Positions 52,120-62,250 of a stretch of DNA of 64,000 nucleotides are shown here, piece after piece. Each line of letters begins with the position of its first letter. The stretch's first letter is position 1. Source of the DNA: Octopus sinensis (taxonomy: Eukaryota); NCBI RefSeq assembly GCF_006345805.1, contig NC_043022.1, forward strand, positions 15,934,001-15,998,000, read 5' to 3'. Under the pieces are notes generated by a model, which saw nothing but the letters and a program-made list of their open reading frames with translations, was not told the DNA's origin and searched no databases. The position numbers and the translations under genes are program-made.

Positions 52120-52441
52120 GGTAGATGTCAACAAGATGACAGAATATAACCAGTGGCTGAATTCCTTTTGGAGCAATGACCAAGACCTTTGGCATTACAT
52201 CATGCTTGAGAAATAGATCCCTCAAGCTGAGCAAAATCGCAGTCGTGGCAGATACCGGTGTCATGCAAATGGCACCCATTACACTCTCAGAGTGGTTGGC
52301 ATTAGGAAGGGCATCCAGCCATAGAAAACTGTGCCAAATCACACTGGAGTCTGGTGCAGCCTTCCAGTGTGCCAGCCCTGGTCAAACCGTCCAACCCATG
52401 CCAGCACAAAGACAACAGACGTTAAATAATGATGATGATGA
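52120..52441 (+). mobile_element. Family C retroposon
   Basis: Same body and (GAT)n tail. Confidence 0.75.
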
Positions 52442-52444
52442 TAT

Positions 52445-52846
52445 TAAAATGTAGCACTTATTCACATTGTTTTCAATTAATCCTGCATTATCTCATAGCT
52501 TTGAGACTTTGAAGTGTGTGATTGGGCACTTTTAGTATGATATTGTAGGGTAGGTGTAAGAGGCTGGATCTGACCAGTTTGAACTTAAAACAGGCAGAAT
52601 ATTTTGGTTGGATATGGCCGGTTTAACCCTTTAGTATTTAAACCGGCCATATCCGGCCGAAATAGCTAATCTGTTTTCTGTTCAAACTGACCAGATCCAG
52701 GCCCTCACACCTACCCTACAATGTTATTCTACATTAAGTAATTACACCATCAAGATCTAGAAGATATGAGATAATGCATGATTAATTCAAATCAATGGGA
52801 ATCAATAGGCATTATGTTTGACGGAATAATCTGAATGCTAAAGGTC
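52445..52846. mobile_element. Inverted dimer of TTAA MITE family 2
   Basis: The left copy ends GATATGGCCGGTTTAA; the right copy starts TTAACCCTTTAGTATTTAAACCGGCCATATC and mirrors it. Confidence 0.75.
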
Positions 52847-53628
52847 CTCCACTTAGAGCAATTTGAGATGATGCGTTTTAAGGAAAAGGAGGGGGCAGAG
52901 ACCTGTAATTTTGAGGTCAACTAGAAGTTTGCACAAGATAATCTGCTGAAAGCTACAAATGAGATCTTTTGTAGAAGCAGTGCACCAGTGAGATGGACAG
53001 GTCCAGAAAACTTAAAAGACAGGCCTGGGAAGGCAACAGAGAGGAATACTATGTTGCTAAAAGAGAAGCGTATATAGTGAAGAATTTACCAATGTCCAGC
53101 AGCAGCAGAAGAATCGGAGGTGTGAGGTGTTCTGGACTGCCAGGCAAGGGGTGAAGGTGAACCAAGATGCTGGAAGAAAGAATGATAACAGCAAACTTTC
53201 CCTCAAAGCTCTCATCAACTGGCACAAAGCCACCATCCCCCCTCACTACGTCTCCCTCCTCCCAGTTGGCGAGGTGGGAGTGGGAGGGGGGGTCTTTGTC
53301 TTGCAAGTTACTCAGTGACCCTGTTGGTGTGGGTGCCTCGTAAAAAGCACCCAGCACACCTCGTAAAGTGGTTGGAAAGGGTTAAGGAAGGGCATCCAGC
53401 TGTAGAGATCACATCAAAGCTGACAATGGAGCCCGATGCGGTTCCCGGCCTTACTAACTCCTGGGACATTAAATGATGATGATTATACGTAACACTGCAC
53501 ATTCCTCTGCAATTTAAAAACAACCCAAACAAATTACAGCAAAACATTCATTAAATAAAACAAGAAAAAAATAAAACAACATTTGGAAATTGTAATTAAG
53601 GTTTTATAAAGATTTTATAGCAAACGAA

Positions 53629-54087
53629 TCACCTGTATTTTCCATACCACAACATTGCATATTTGGATAAATTCGCTCGACAACCATAAATGTTGTTTTT
53701 CACACAATATTCAAAACTAAAAGGGTTCACGTTTCTTTCTTCTTTTTCAATTTCTTGTTGTCTTTCTTCTTCCAACATTTGCTTGGAAACGGCTCTGGCT
53801 GGGAACGGCATCAGATGCGCCAAATTCGACAAAAAGCCTTTCACGTCTGAGAACTCGCACTTGCCACCAACTTCGATGATGATACGCCCGGCACGCACCG
53901 GGGTAACGTAATGGGATATCGAGCCCTTGCCACCCCCCATACGATGGCCTTGTCCCTTCTTGGTCATTGGTTTCCACGGAGGGTCAATCCGCCACACAGC
54001 AAACATTCGACTTTCGTCAAATTTCCGGAGAATGCCCAGTCGCAACACTTCGTAATGACCCCATCTCATTCGACCACCGGTCAATGC
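53629..54087 (-). CDS. MRPL16: MRPL16 terminal coding exon (L16 core: GGRMRWGHYE..RMGGGKG..VTPVRAGRIIIEVGG)
   Basis: Acceptor ctgttgtgtctag|GCA, phase 0. Contains the hallmark L16 motif RMGGGKG and the mitochondrial C-terminal NPFSFE..GKY. Stop TGA at 53631-53629. Confidence 0.96.
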   Translation of the reverse strand, partial: ALTGGRMRWGHYEVLRLGILRKFDESRMFAVWRIDPPWKPMTKKGQGHRMGGGKGSISHYVTPVRAGRIIIEVGGKCEFSDVKGFLSNLAHLMPFPARAVSKQMLEEERQQEIEKEERNVNPFSFEYCVKNNIYGCRANLSKYAMLWYGKYR

Positions 54088-54196
54088 CTAGACACAACAG
54101 AAAGCAATTAAAAATACATAACCAAAAGAAAGAAAGAAAGAAAAAAAGGGAGCTAGGGGCTAATTTATATTTAAAAAATAGTTCATTACTGAAATC

Positions 54197-54423
54197 TTAA
54201 CCCATTAACATTCAGATTATTCTGTCAAATGTAATCCTGATTAATTCCCATTGTTAATTAATCCTGCATTATCTCATAGCTTTGAGATTTCAATGATGTG
54301 ATTGTTTATCGTTAGAATGACATTGCAGGGTAGGTGTAAGAGGCCAAATCTGGATGGTTTGAACATTAAAGAAGTAGAATATTTGGACCCTGAATATGAT
54401 GGGTTTAAATGCTAAAGGCATAA
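54197..54423. mobile_element. TTAA MITE family 2
   Basis: TTAACCCATTAACATTCAG..TTTAAATGCTAAAGGCATAA. Confidence 0.7.
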
Positions 54424-54493
54424 TACATATGTGTGTATAACCCTTTCGTATTCACATTACTTACTTAAATGGATATTTGTCCTCCTCTTGTTT

Positions 54494-54526
54494 GTTTCAG
54501 CTGATATACCCTCCAGCCTTCATCAG
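54494..54526 (-). ncRNA. Hammerhead ribozyme core remnant in the PLE terminal region
   Basis: Minus strand reads CUGAUGA-A-GGCUG-GAGGGUAUAU-CAGCU-GAAAC. Both conserved core blocks and a stem II are present. Stem III and the NUH cleavage site are not evident. Confidence 0.6.
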
Positions 54527-54599
54527 GTGTCTTGGGGAAATTTCGAACCTGGGTTCTTATTCCTAAGGTATTTTTCGATGTTATTATTACTATTATTCC

Positions 54600-54672
54600 G
54601 GTCACTGCCTGGAATCGAACTCGGAATCTTGGGGTTGGTAGCCCCTGCTCTTAACCACTACACCATATGCCC
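54600..54672 (-). other. tRNA-derived Pol III head (A box TGGTGTAGTGG, B box GAGTTCGATTCC) inside the PLE terminal region
   Basis: GGGCATATGGTGTAGTGGTTAAGAGCAGGGG-CTACCAA-CCCCAAGATTCCGAGTTCGATTCCAGGCAGTGACC. The anticodon-like stem-loop is intact, but the acceptor and T stems pair poorly, so it is not a functional tRNA. Confidence 0.7.
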
Positions 54673-56997
54673 ATGGGCAATTATGGAGTGAATTAATATT
54701 TATAAATTTAATATTTTTCTATCCTTCCCTAATACCGGTTACCATATTCTATTCATATCCACACCTGGTGTGCTTAGGTGGTTGTTGTGTCCTAGCATAT
54801 GTGCTGCTTCTTTTAGTTTTCGTATTTTCCAGTGGTGTTCTCTGTCTATTATTTTAACTTCATCCCACAGGGGGAGGTGGTCTCCATTTTTCCATACATG
54901 ATCAGCTATACCCGATTTATCAATATCTCCTCGTGCCACAGCTTTGCGATGTTCCTCTACCCTTATTTTGAGGGGGCAACATGTCTCGCCTTTGTATAAC
55001 CTACCACAGCTGCATGGGATGGAGTACACGCAGTCTTTGGTAATATTCTCTTCTATTGGTGGTTTTTCTCGGAAGAGATATTTGCTAAGTGTTGTATTAC
55101 ACTTGAATACTGTCCTGATGTCATATGGGCCACATATCTTTTGTATCTTTTCGGAGAGGCCTTTCACATAGGGTAGACAGATTGTGGTCAGTTTATTGGC
55201 CTCATTCTCTCTCTTCTTCATAATTGGAGTGGAGAGTATGTTTTGGGGGTAGTTGTTGCTTAACAGATCCTTATTAAGCTTGATCATTTCTTTGTGGTGT
55301 GTATCATGATCGCTGTTTATATTCATTGCTCACTGTTTTAGGCCCTGAGCAATCCCTCTCTTTACACTGAGTGGATGGTGGGAATTGAAGTTGAGGTATC
55401 GTCCAGTGAAGGTCAGCTTGTGGTATACGGATGTCCTGAATCCATACTTGGTGCTTGTTATGACATAACAACCTCCTAAGCAGACCAAGTGCAGATATGA
55501 ATAGCATATGGGAACTGGTATTAAGGAAGGACAGGAAAATATTAGATTTATAAGCCCTAAAATTCACTCCATAATTACCCATGGGCATATGGCGTAGGGG
55601 TTAATAATTTGTATATATTCATTCTATTATAAATACAAAACAACACCACAGAGGAATCAACATAAGCTTAAATAATAAACTGCGATATGATGAGGGATTA
55701 CTGTATATATATATATATGATGGGCTTCTTTCAGTCTCTGTCTAACAAATCCACCCACAAGGCTTTAGTCAGCCCTGGGCTATAGTAGAAGATACTTGCC
55801 CAAGGTGCCATGCAGTGGGATTGAACCCAAAACTACATGGTTGGGAAGTAAGCTTCTTAACCATACAGCCAAGCTAATTTCTAAATTAATCATTTTCAGT
55901 TTAGCTCAGAATGCTCGAGGTATTGTCACTGAGGAGACTGAATCAGGTTGAAACACAGGTGTCTGGTGATCCACCAGTTTTCTGAGTGAAATCCTCTAGT
56001 TTTTAACACATAAGTTTCTTTGAGAAGTTTCTCTGAGCTAAGACATAACACCTAGTGCTGTTCCATGCTACAAGTTTTTGTAGAAGAAGCTTTAACCACT
56101 CTTTAAATAAGGAGATCTTGTCTCACACCCGATGTCATTCAACTCTTTCCTGGTTGTATTTATAATGAATAAACTGATTAAGGGTTTTAATTAATTCCCA
56201 AAATAATTCAAAGTCTTGCAGCACGAGTTTAATTAAATACCTCTAACACATACATGTGGCAAAACATGTACCATGTGTTTCCTAGTTTTAAAACAGGTAC
56301 ACCAGGTCCCTGCACGTCATAAGGAGTAACGGAAAAAGGTTGGCACAAAGCAAAGCATCCAGTCATTTAACACTGCCTTACAAAAACTCCTCCAACCCAC
56401 ACTAGCAAGGTCATGAAGATGTAAAATGATGATGGTTATAGTGGAATCGACTGACCAAAGTGTTTTGTGCAGTAACTCACATTTCAATCGTGATTTTAAT
56501 TAAACATGAAAATTTAATTATTAATAACCCTGAGACAATTTTGGAATTAAAATGGTTTATGTATTATTTATCCCCACCTGAAGTGGATGTTGAGTTAGAA
56601 CACAGTATACTGCATTAGTTAAACACGAGAGAACCTCTGGTATGCACTTGTGTTTATATTGTTAGCAGGAGATAATCTTCTGCTACCCCTGATTATTTCC
56701 CACCAGCAATAAACACACAAGTGCTTATGTGCATTCCAATTCCATGAAAGAGGTTCTCTCATGCCAACTATTGCAGTATTCCATGTTCTAATACGACACC
56801 CTCTTTTAAGTGCAGATAAATATTACCTTTTGGTATTACAATTGCTTCTGTCACCAATTAATTTTTTATGTATTATATTCAGCGTAAATATATTTAATGC
56901 AGGAATACAGCTAAAAAACTAAATATTTATATTTAAGTGTTATATTTTGCTAATGACAATAACTATAGATAAATAAATAAATAAAAGAAAAGCTTAC

Positions 56998-57155
56998 CTG
57001 AATGCCAAAGTCACCGTACTGGAGTTTATTATGAACCAATTCCGGTCCTCTCATTAAATAGTTGCGTCTTGGCATCTTTGGTGGACGTTGGTTGGATGGC
57101 AGCTGAGGGACCTTGTCCACTGTCTTCAATCTTCTTCTTTCCGGTAATATGATGT
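56998..57155 (-). CDS. MRPL16: MRPL16 coding exon 3 (NIILPERRRLKTVDKVP..RGPELVHNKLQYGDFGIQ)
   Basis: Acceptor tattattgcag, donor CAG|GTAAGC. The peptide matches the N-terminal part of the mitochondrial L16 family. Confidence 0.92.
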
Positions 57156-57390
57156 CTGCAATAATAGCAACAGCATAGATGTTATTATGAATAACAACAC
57201 ACATCTCGATTTGGGATTCTCCAATACATCTTCAAACCTTACAGCACCTTGTAATAACACACACTGCTACTAAATGGCTTCAACTGTGGCTAATTTACTA
57301 TCACAACAACAATAACATATTATGCTTTACTATTTCATTTTGTGTATATGTGTATATATACATGTATGTATGTGTATGTATGTATATATA

Positions 57391-57950
57391 TAGAGTAAAA
57401 GGCAGACTGTATGATGCATGTGTACGTACAGCCATGCTACATGGTAGTGAAATATGGGCCGTGACTGCTGAGGATATGCGTAAGCTCGCAAGAAATGAAG
57501 CCAGTATGCTCCGATGGATGTGTAATGTCAGTGTTCATAATCGACAGAGTGTAAGTACCTTGAGAGAAAAGTTGGACCTAAGAAGCATCAGTTGTGGTGT
57601 GTAAGAGAGACGGCTGCGCTGGTATGGTCATGTGATGAGAATGGCTGAAGATAGTTGTGTGCAAAAGTGCTACACCCTAGCAGTTGAGGGAACCTGTGGA
57701 AGAGGTAGACCCAGGAAAACCTGGGACGAGGTGGTGAAGCACGACCTTCGAACTTTAGGTCTCACCAAGGAAATGACTAGAGACCAAGACCTATGGAAGT
57801 ATGCTGTGCGTGAGAAGACCCGGCAAGACTAGTGAGGCCATAACCTGTGGCCCCTACCTGGGATGTAGTCAGTCCACCTGTGCATACCTTCCTTCTTGTG
57901 ACACTTGTGAAGACCTGTTGAGGCAAGTGAAAATCAAACCAAATCAAAAT
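57391..57950 (+). mobile_element. RTE-clade LINE 3' fragment (5'-truncated, one in-frame stop)
   Basis: KGRLYDACVRTAMLHGSEIW..CGV*ERRLRWYGHVMRM..GRGRPRKTWDEVV is the C-terminus typical of RTE ORFs. It is followed by a 3' UTR with an AAATC-like tail. Confidence 0.88.
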
Positions 57951-57984
57951 AGATGAACATCAATGGAATTTGTATCTTTGTGGC

Positions 57985-58734
57985 ACATAAGAAAAACCAT
58001 CCGAACGCGGTCGTAGCCAGTACCGCATCGACTGGCCTCCGTGCTGTGGGCACATAACAAACACCATCCAATCGTGGCCGTTCGCCAGCCTCGTCTGGCA
58101 CCTGTGTCGGTGGCACATAAAAAACACCATCCGAGCGTGGCCGTCTGCCAGCCTCGTCTGGCACCTGTGTCGGTGGCACATAAAAAACACCATCCGAGCG
58201 TGGCTGTTCGCCAGCCTCGTCTGGCACCTGTGTCGGTGACACATAAAATCACCCACTACACTCTCGGAGTGGTTGGCGTTAGGAAGGGCATCCAGCTGAA
58301 GAAACACTGCCAGATCTGACTGGCCTGGTGCAGCCTTCGGGCTCCCCAGACCCCAGTTGAATCGTCCAACCCATGCTAGCATGGAAAGCGGACGTTAAAC
58401 GATGATGATGATGATGGTGCTGGTGGCACGTTAAAAGCACCATCCATGCGTGGCTGATGCCGGCGCTGCCTTGACTGGATTCTGTGCCAACGGCACGTAA
58501 AAAGCATCAACTGATCATGGCCGTTGCCAGCCTCCCCAGGCACCAGTGCTGGTGGCACGTAAAAAGCACCCACTACACTCACGAAGTGGTTGGCATTAGG
58601 AAGGGCATCCAGCTGTAGAAACACTGCTAGATTAGACTGGAGCCTGGTGCAGCAATCTGGCTTCCCAGACCCCAGTCGAACCGTCCAACCCATGCTAGCA
58701 TGGAAAGTGGACGTTAAACGATGATGATGATGAT
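57985..58734 (+). mobile_element. Two head-to-tail family C retroposons, the first with an internal 63-bp tandem array
   Basis: Two (GAT)n tails at about 58415 and 58734. 63-bp units start at 58051, 58114 and 58177, with a partial unit at 58240. Confidence 0.82.
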
Positions 58735-59334
58735 ATATATAGTTCAAATTTACAGAAAACAAAAGATGAAGGCAGGTGAGGGAACAACAAGCGTATTAGT
58801 TTGACACTCAGGAAGAATGGAAAAGTATATACACGTACACACACACACCCACACATTCATCATCATCATTTTAACATTCACATTTGCCGTCCTTGCAATG
58901 GGTCAGACGGAATTTGTTGAGGCAGTTTTTTCTGTGGCTGGATAGCTTTCCTGTCACCAACCCTTACGTGTTTCCAGGAAAGGTAATGTTTTCCCATGAC
59001 CAGACACGGTCTCACAGAACATTGCAGATGAACGACACTGCTTGTATGACAGGGATACTCGTTTACAGTTATAATGCGATGTGTCTATGGTTGAAAGAGA
59101 CTAAGAAGCACGATCTTACTCCTTCTGGGTTATTTAGTCGCTGTGAGTGCTCAATGACACAAGAGGTAACCAGTGCTATGGAAGTAAGAGAGGGACTGAA
59201 CCCAGACAGGGATAAGTGGCAGGAGAGGCATCCAGCTGTAGTCCAATGCCCCAATAATACATTAGTCGAACCCATGCAAGCATGTAAAACGAATGAAGAA
59301 ACAAATTGAAAGATGGACAGAGAATCTCACTTAC

Positions 59335-59394
59335 TGCTATAATCTGGTGGATGAGGGAAATCTTTTAGGCCAGCAGCAGGAACAAACATCAGAG
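59335..59394 (-). CDS. MRPL16: MRPL16 coding exon 2 (ALMFVPAAGLKDFPHPPDYS)
   Basis: Acceptor tattttctcttgtttctctttgcag and donor A|GTAAGT flank a 60-nt phase 1-1 exon. It encodes the AGLK..PP.Y motif found just before the mature L16 N-terminus. Not in the supplied ORF track. Confidence 0.88.
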
Positions 59395-59880
59395 CTGCAA
59401 AGAGAAACAAGAGAAAATAGCTACACATGATGTAAAGTGTCAACAATTATTTTATTGTATATATATATATATATATATACATACATACACACACACATAT
59501 CTACACAAAATATTTTATAACTTTTTTGGGTATATACTATATATTTAATATGTTGTCTATGAATCGGTGAACTTTTAATAAAGGGCCAATGTTGATACTG
59601 TTCCTTATATAAGACACATTCCTTAGAGGCAGCCCCTTAAAAAAATTTAAGTTTTTCTTATATGGCCCCCACAGCATACCGGATTCTAGCAAGCTTATGG
59701 GGGCATTACGAGAGAATGTGTTCAATCTATTTTAGAAGTGAATCTACAAGAAATGTTCTTGTAGAGGCAACGAAACAAGAAACCCAACACGTAACTCTTA
59801 AAAAGAAGAGTCGGATTTACCAACAGTACAAAGCCTGGAACCGGCAGATTCTCCAAATTCCTGCGAATATGTTTGTAGAC

Positions 59881-60287
59881 ATAGGCGCAGGAGTGGCTGT
59901 GTGGTAAGTAGCTTGTTTACCAACCACATGGTTCCGGGTTCAGTCCCACTGCGTGGCACCTTTGGCAAGTATCTTCTACTATAGTCTCGGGCCGACCAAA
60001 GCCTTATGAGTGGATTTGGTAGACGGAAACTGAAAGAAGCCCGTCGTATATATATATATATATATGCGTGTGTGTGTTCGTGCGTCTGTGTTTGTCCCCC
60101 TAGCATTGCTTGACAACCGATGCTGGTGTGTTTATATCCCCGTTACTTAGTGGATCGGCAAAAGAGACCGATAGAATGAGTACTGGGCTTACAAAAGAAT
60201 AAGTCCCGGGGTCGAGTTGCTCGATTAAAGGCGGTGCTCCAGCATGGCCGCGGTCAAACGACTGAAACAAGTAAAAGAGTAAGAGTA
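59881..60287 (+). mobile_element. SINE family A, full-length young copy in MRPL16 intron 1
   Basis: Complete. GTAGACA occurs on both flanks (candidate TSD). Confidence 0.9.
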
Positions 60288-60607
60288 GACAGAAGGGAAC
60301 CATTTAGAACACCGACGAAACGGTGTCTGCGACTGCAGTCCACATGCCAGGCATTATACATGTTTCGAGGTGGAACAAGTAAGTATAGAATGGAATTCAC
60401 TTCGTAGAGCTGTCATAAGATGCCTGGATTCCATCTGCTTTATTGCTTCCATGTTGAATCCAGTTCCGAGTCCAGGGACTCCACACTGATGATTCCTTTG
60501 AAGAATTTGGACATTCTTTCGTTACTTAGTAACCGAAGAATGCCAAAGTATGTTAAACCATCTCTCTCAACGATATTTCTCCGTCCACCAAGGGACAAAC
60601 ACACCCC

Positions 60608-60638
<31 letters not shown>

Positions 60639-60786
60639 CCATCCATCGCCAGCCAAATGCGACGGTTCCAATGAATCCGAACCACTTTTGTTGTTCCAAG
60701 AGGAAATGACCTTCAGACTACATTGGAAAAAAGGCTGCACCGAAACAAAAAGGTAACAAAACAATTTAAGATTCGACAGAGCTTAC

Positions 60787-60865
60787 CACCGCTGTTTTGG
60801 GTTGACGTCTGATGCCATTTCAAAGCTCCTCGCTGGAAGAGAAGAGAAATACAAGAGCGAGACAT
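60787..60865 (-). CDS. MRPL16: MRPL16 coding exon 1 (mitochondrial targeting peptide-like MSRSCISLLFQRGALKWHQTSTQNSG)
   Basis: 79 nt ending G|GTAAGC (phase 1), compatible with the next exon. The peptide is basic/hydroxylated with no acidic residues. The total CDS comes to 251 aa. Confidence 0.75.
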
Positions 60866-61042
60866 GACGACGAGCGAGGAATTCTCACAGAACAACAAGG
60901 ATCGCCATGAATGACATCCCCTGCCCTCTAGCGGTCAAACGAGGAACTAAGTTGTTGGCGAGCAAAGGGACATAACTCGCCTAAAGAGAAAACTGAGTTA
61001 CTTACCTTGATTTCTCTATACTTTCATTGCGTATAATTAACC

Positions 61043-61394
61043 AATGGCCCAGTGATTAAGGCAACGGACTCGCGGTCGTAGGATCGTGGTTTCGATTCCC
61101 AGACCGGGCAATGCGAGTGTTTATTGACCGAAAACACCAACAGCTCCACGAGTCTCTGGCAAGGGGTGGGTGGTGGCGAACCCTGATGTACTCTTTCACC
61201 ACACCTTTCTCTCACTCCTTCTTGATTCTCTTGTACCTGTATTTCAAAGGGTCAGCCTTGTCACACTCTGTGTCACGCCGAATCTCCCCGACATTCTGTG
61301 GAGTACTCAGCCACTTGCACGTTAATTTCACGAGCAAGCTGATCCGTTGATCGGATCAACAGGAACCCTCGTCGTCGTAACCGACGGAGTGCCA
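61043..61394 (+). mobile_element. tRNA-derived SINE (TGGCCCAGTGG head, GTAACCGACGGAG tail)
   Basis: Homologous throughout to the copy at 22531-22866. Confidence 0.78.
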
Positions 61395-61418
61395 AAAGGA
61401 AAGGAAGGAAGTTAGAGA

Positions 61419-61490
61419 ATTTAATAATTACACACGTAACACGTAAGTCTGTTATATAACATACTTACGTGTTACGGGTGTAATTATTAA

Positions 61491-61492
<2 letters not shown>
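61419..61492. repeat. 74-bp spacer-less palindrome (2 mismatched pairs)
   Basis: ATTTAATAATTACACACGTAACACGTAAGTCTGTTAT|ATAACATACTTACGTGTTACGGGTGTAATTATTAAAT. Confidence 0.95.
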
Positions 61493-61525
<33 letters not shown>

Positions 61526-61653
61526 ATAAAATACAAAATCACATCAAAATACAAACCCAAACATAAGCAAAGAAAGATAAATAAGGAGGAAGGAGAAAGA
61601 AAAAGTAAAAAACATCAATTTATATATTTATGTGTGTGCGCACGCGCGCATAT

Positions 61654-61988
61654 GAAGGTGCATGGCTCAGTGGTTAAAGCGTCAGGCTCACAATCATGAG
61701 GTAGTGCGTTCGAATCCCGGACCAGTCTGCATGTTGTGTCCTTGAGCAAGACACTTTATTTCACATTGCTCCAGTTCCCTTGGCTGTAGAAATGAGCTGC
61801 AACACCACTGGTGCCAAGCTGTATCGGCCCCTTCGCCTTTCCCTTGGATAACATCGGTGGCATGGAGAAGAGAGGCCGGGGTGCATGGGCGTCTGCTGGT
61901 CTTCCATAAACAACCTTGCACGTACTTGTGCCTCGGAGGAGAACTTTCTGGGTGCAATCCCATGGTCATTCGTGACCGAAGACGGTCT
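61654..61988 (+). mobile_element. tRNA-derived SINE family D
   Basis: GAAGGTGCATGGCTCAGTGGTTAAAGCG A box, GTTCGAATCCC B box and CCTTGAGCAAGACACTT core. Related eroded copies lie at about 19280, 38312 and 42256. Confidence 0.78.
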
Positions 61989-62169
61989 TTACCCTCGTGT
62001 GTGTGTGCAGGTGCAACATGGTTTTTCTCTTCACCATTAGTCCAGATCCTCTAATTATCTACACTAATGTTCAGGGACGAGGATTTCGTTTAATTATTTA
62101 CGGAAATTTAATATTTGCTTAATTTAGAATGTATTAGCCAAAGTAACCCACTCCCTGTTTGGAAGATTC

Positions 62170-62250
62170 AGTAATCCGGAAACTCTTTGGAACTAAAAGT
62201 TCCGGAAAATCGAAGATTTGATGCAAAGAGAGTTTCTCTCACCGAAACGA
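62170..62250. promoter_or_regulatory. Candidate MRPL16 promoter / non-coding first exon region
   Basis: Two TCCGGAAA ETS-type motifs (about 62175 and 62201) in CpG-retaining DNA, and a minus-strand donor CG|GTGAGA at 62242. Motif-level evidence only. Confidence 0.3.

Larger units (their letters stand above)
54445..55604 (-). mobile_element. Penelope-like retroelement remnant (RT C-terminus + GIY-YIG endonuclease, terminal repeat, inverted arm) in the last MRPL16 intron
   Basis: The minus frame reads GFRTSVYHKLTFTGRYLNFNSHHPLSVKRGI (55326-55460), then an in-frame TGA, then a 195-aa ORF with CLPYVKGLSE and CVYSIPCSCGRLYKGET..RVEEH, typical of PLE RT thumb/GIY-YIG. 55462-55604 is an inverted copy of 54651-54791. 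Confidence 0.92.

Noticed and set aside
53308-53633. Extra MRPL16 3' exon via AG|GTGATT and an acceptor near 53507
   Set aside because: The donor is weak, the extension runs into a family C repeat, and the protein is already of normal length ending GKYR.
54600-54672. Functional tRNA (ACC anticodon-like loop)
   Set aside because: The acceptor and T stems do not pair properly and it is embedded in a PLE repeat; treated as tRNA-derived.
57205-57240. Minus-strand GLKMYWRIPNRD as the missing MRPL16 AGLK exon
   Set aside because: It has an in-frame stop directly upstream and no phase-compatible donor. The exon at 59335-59394 fits on every criterion.
60440-60685. Protein-like 81-aa minus-strand ORF in MRPL16 intron 1
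   Set aside because: It spans a TA/TG microsatellite, has no recognisable motif, and has no splice sites fitting the MRPL16 frame.
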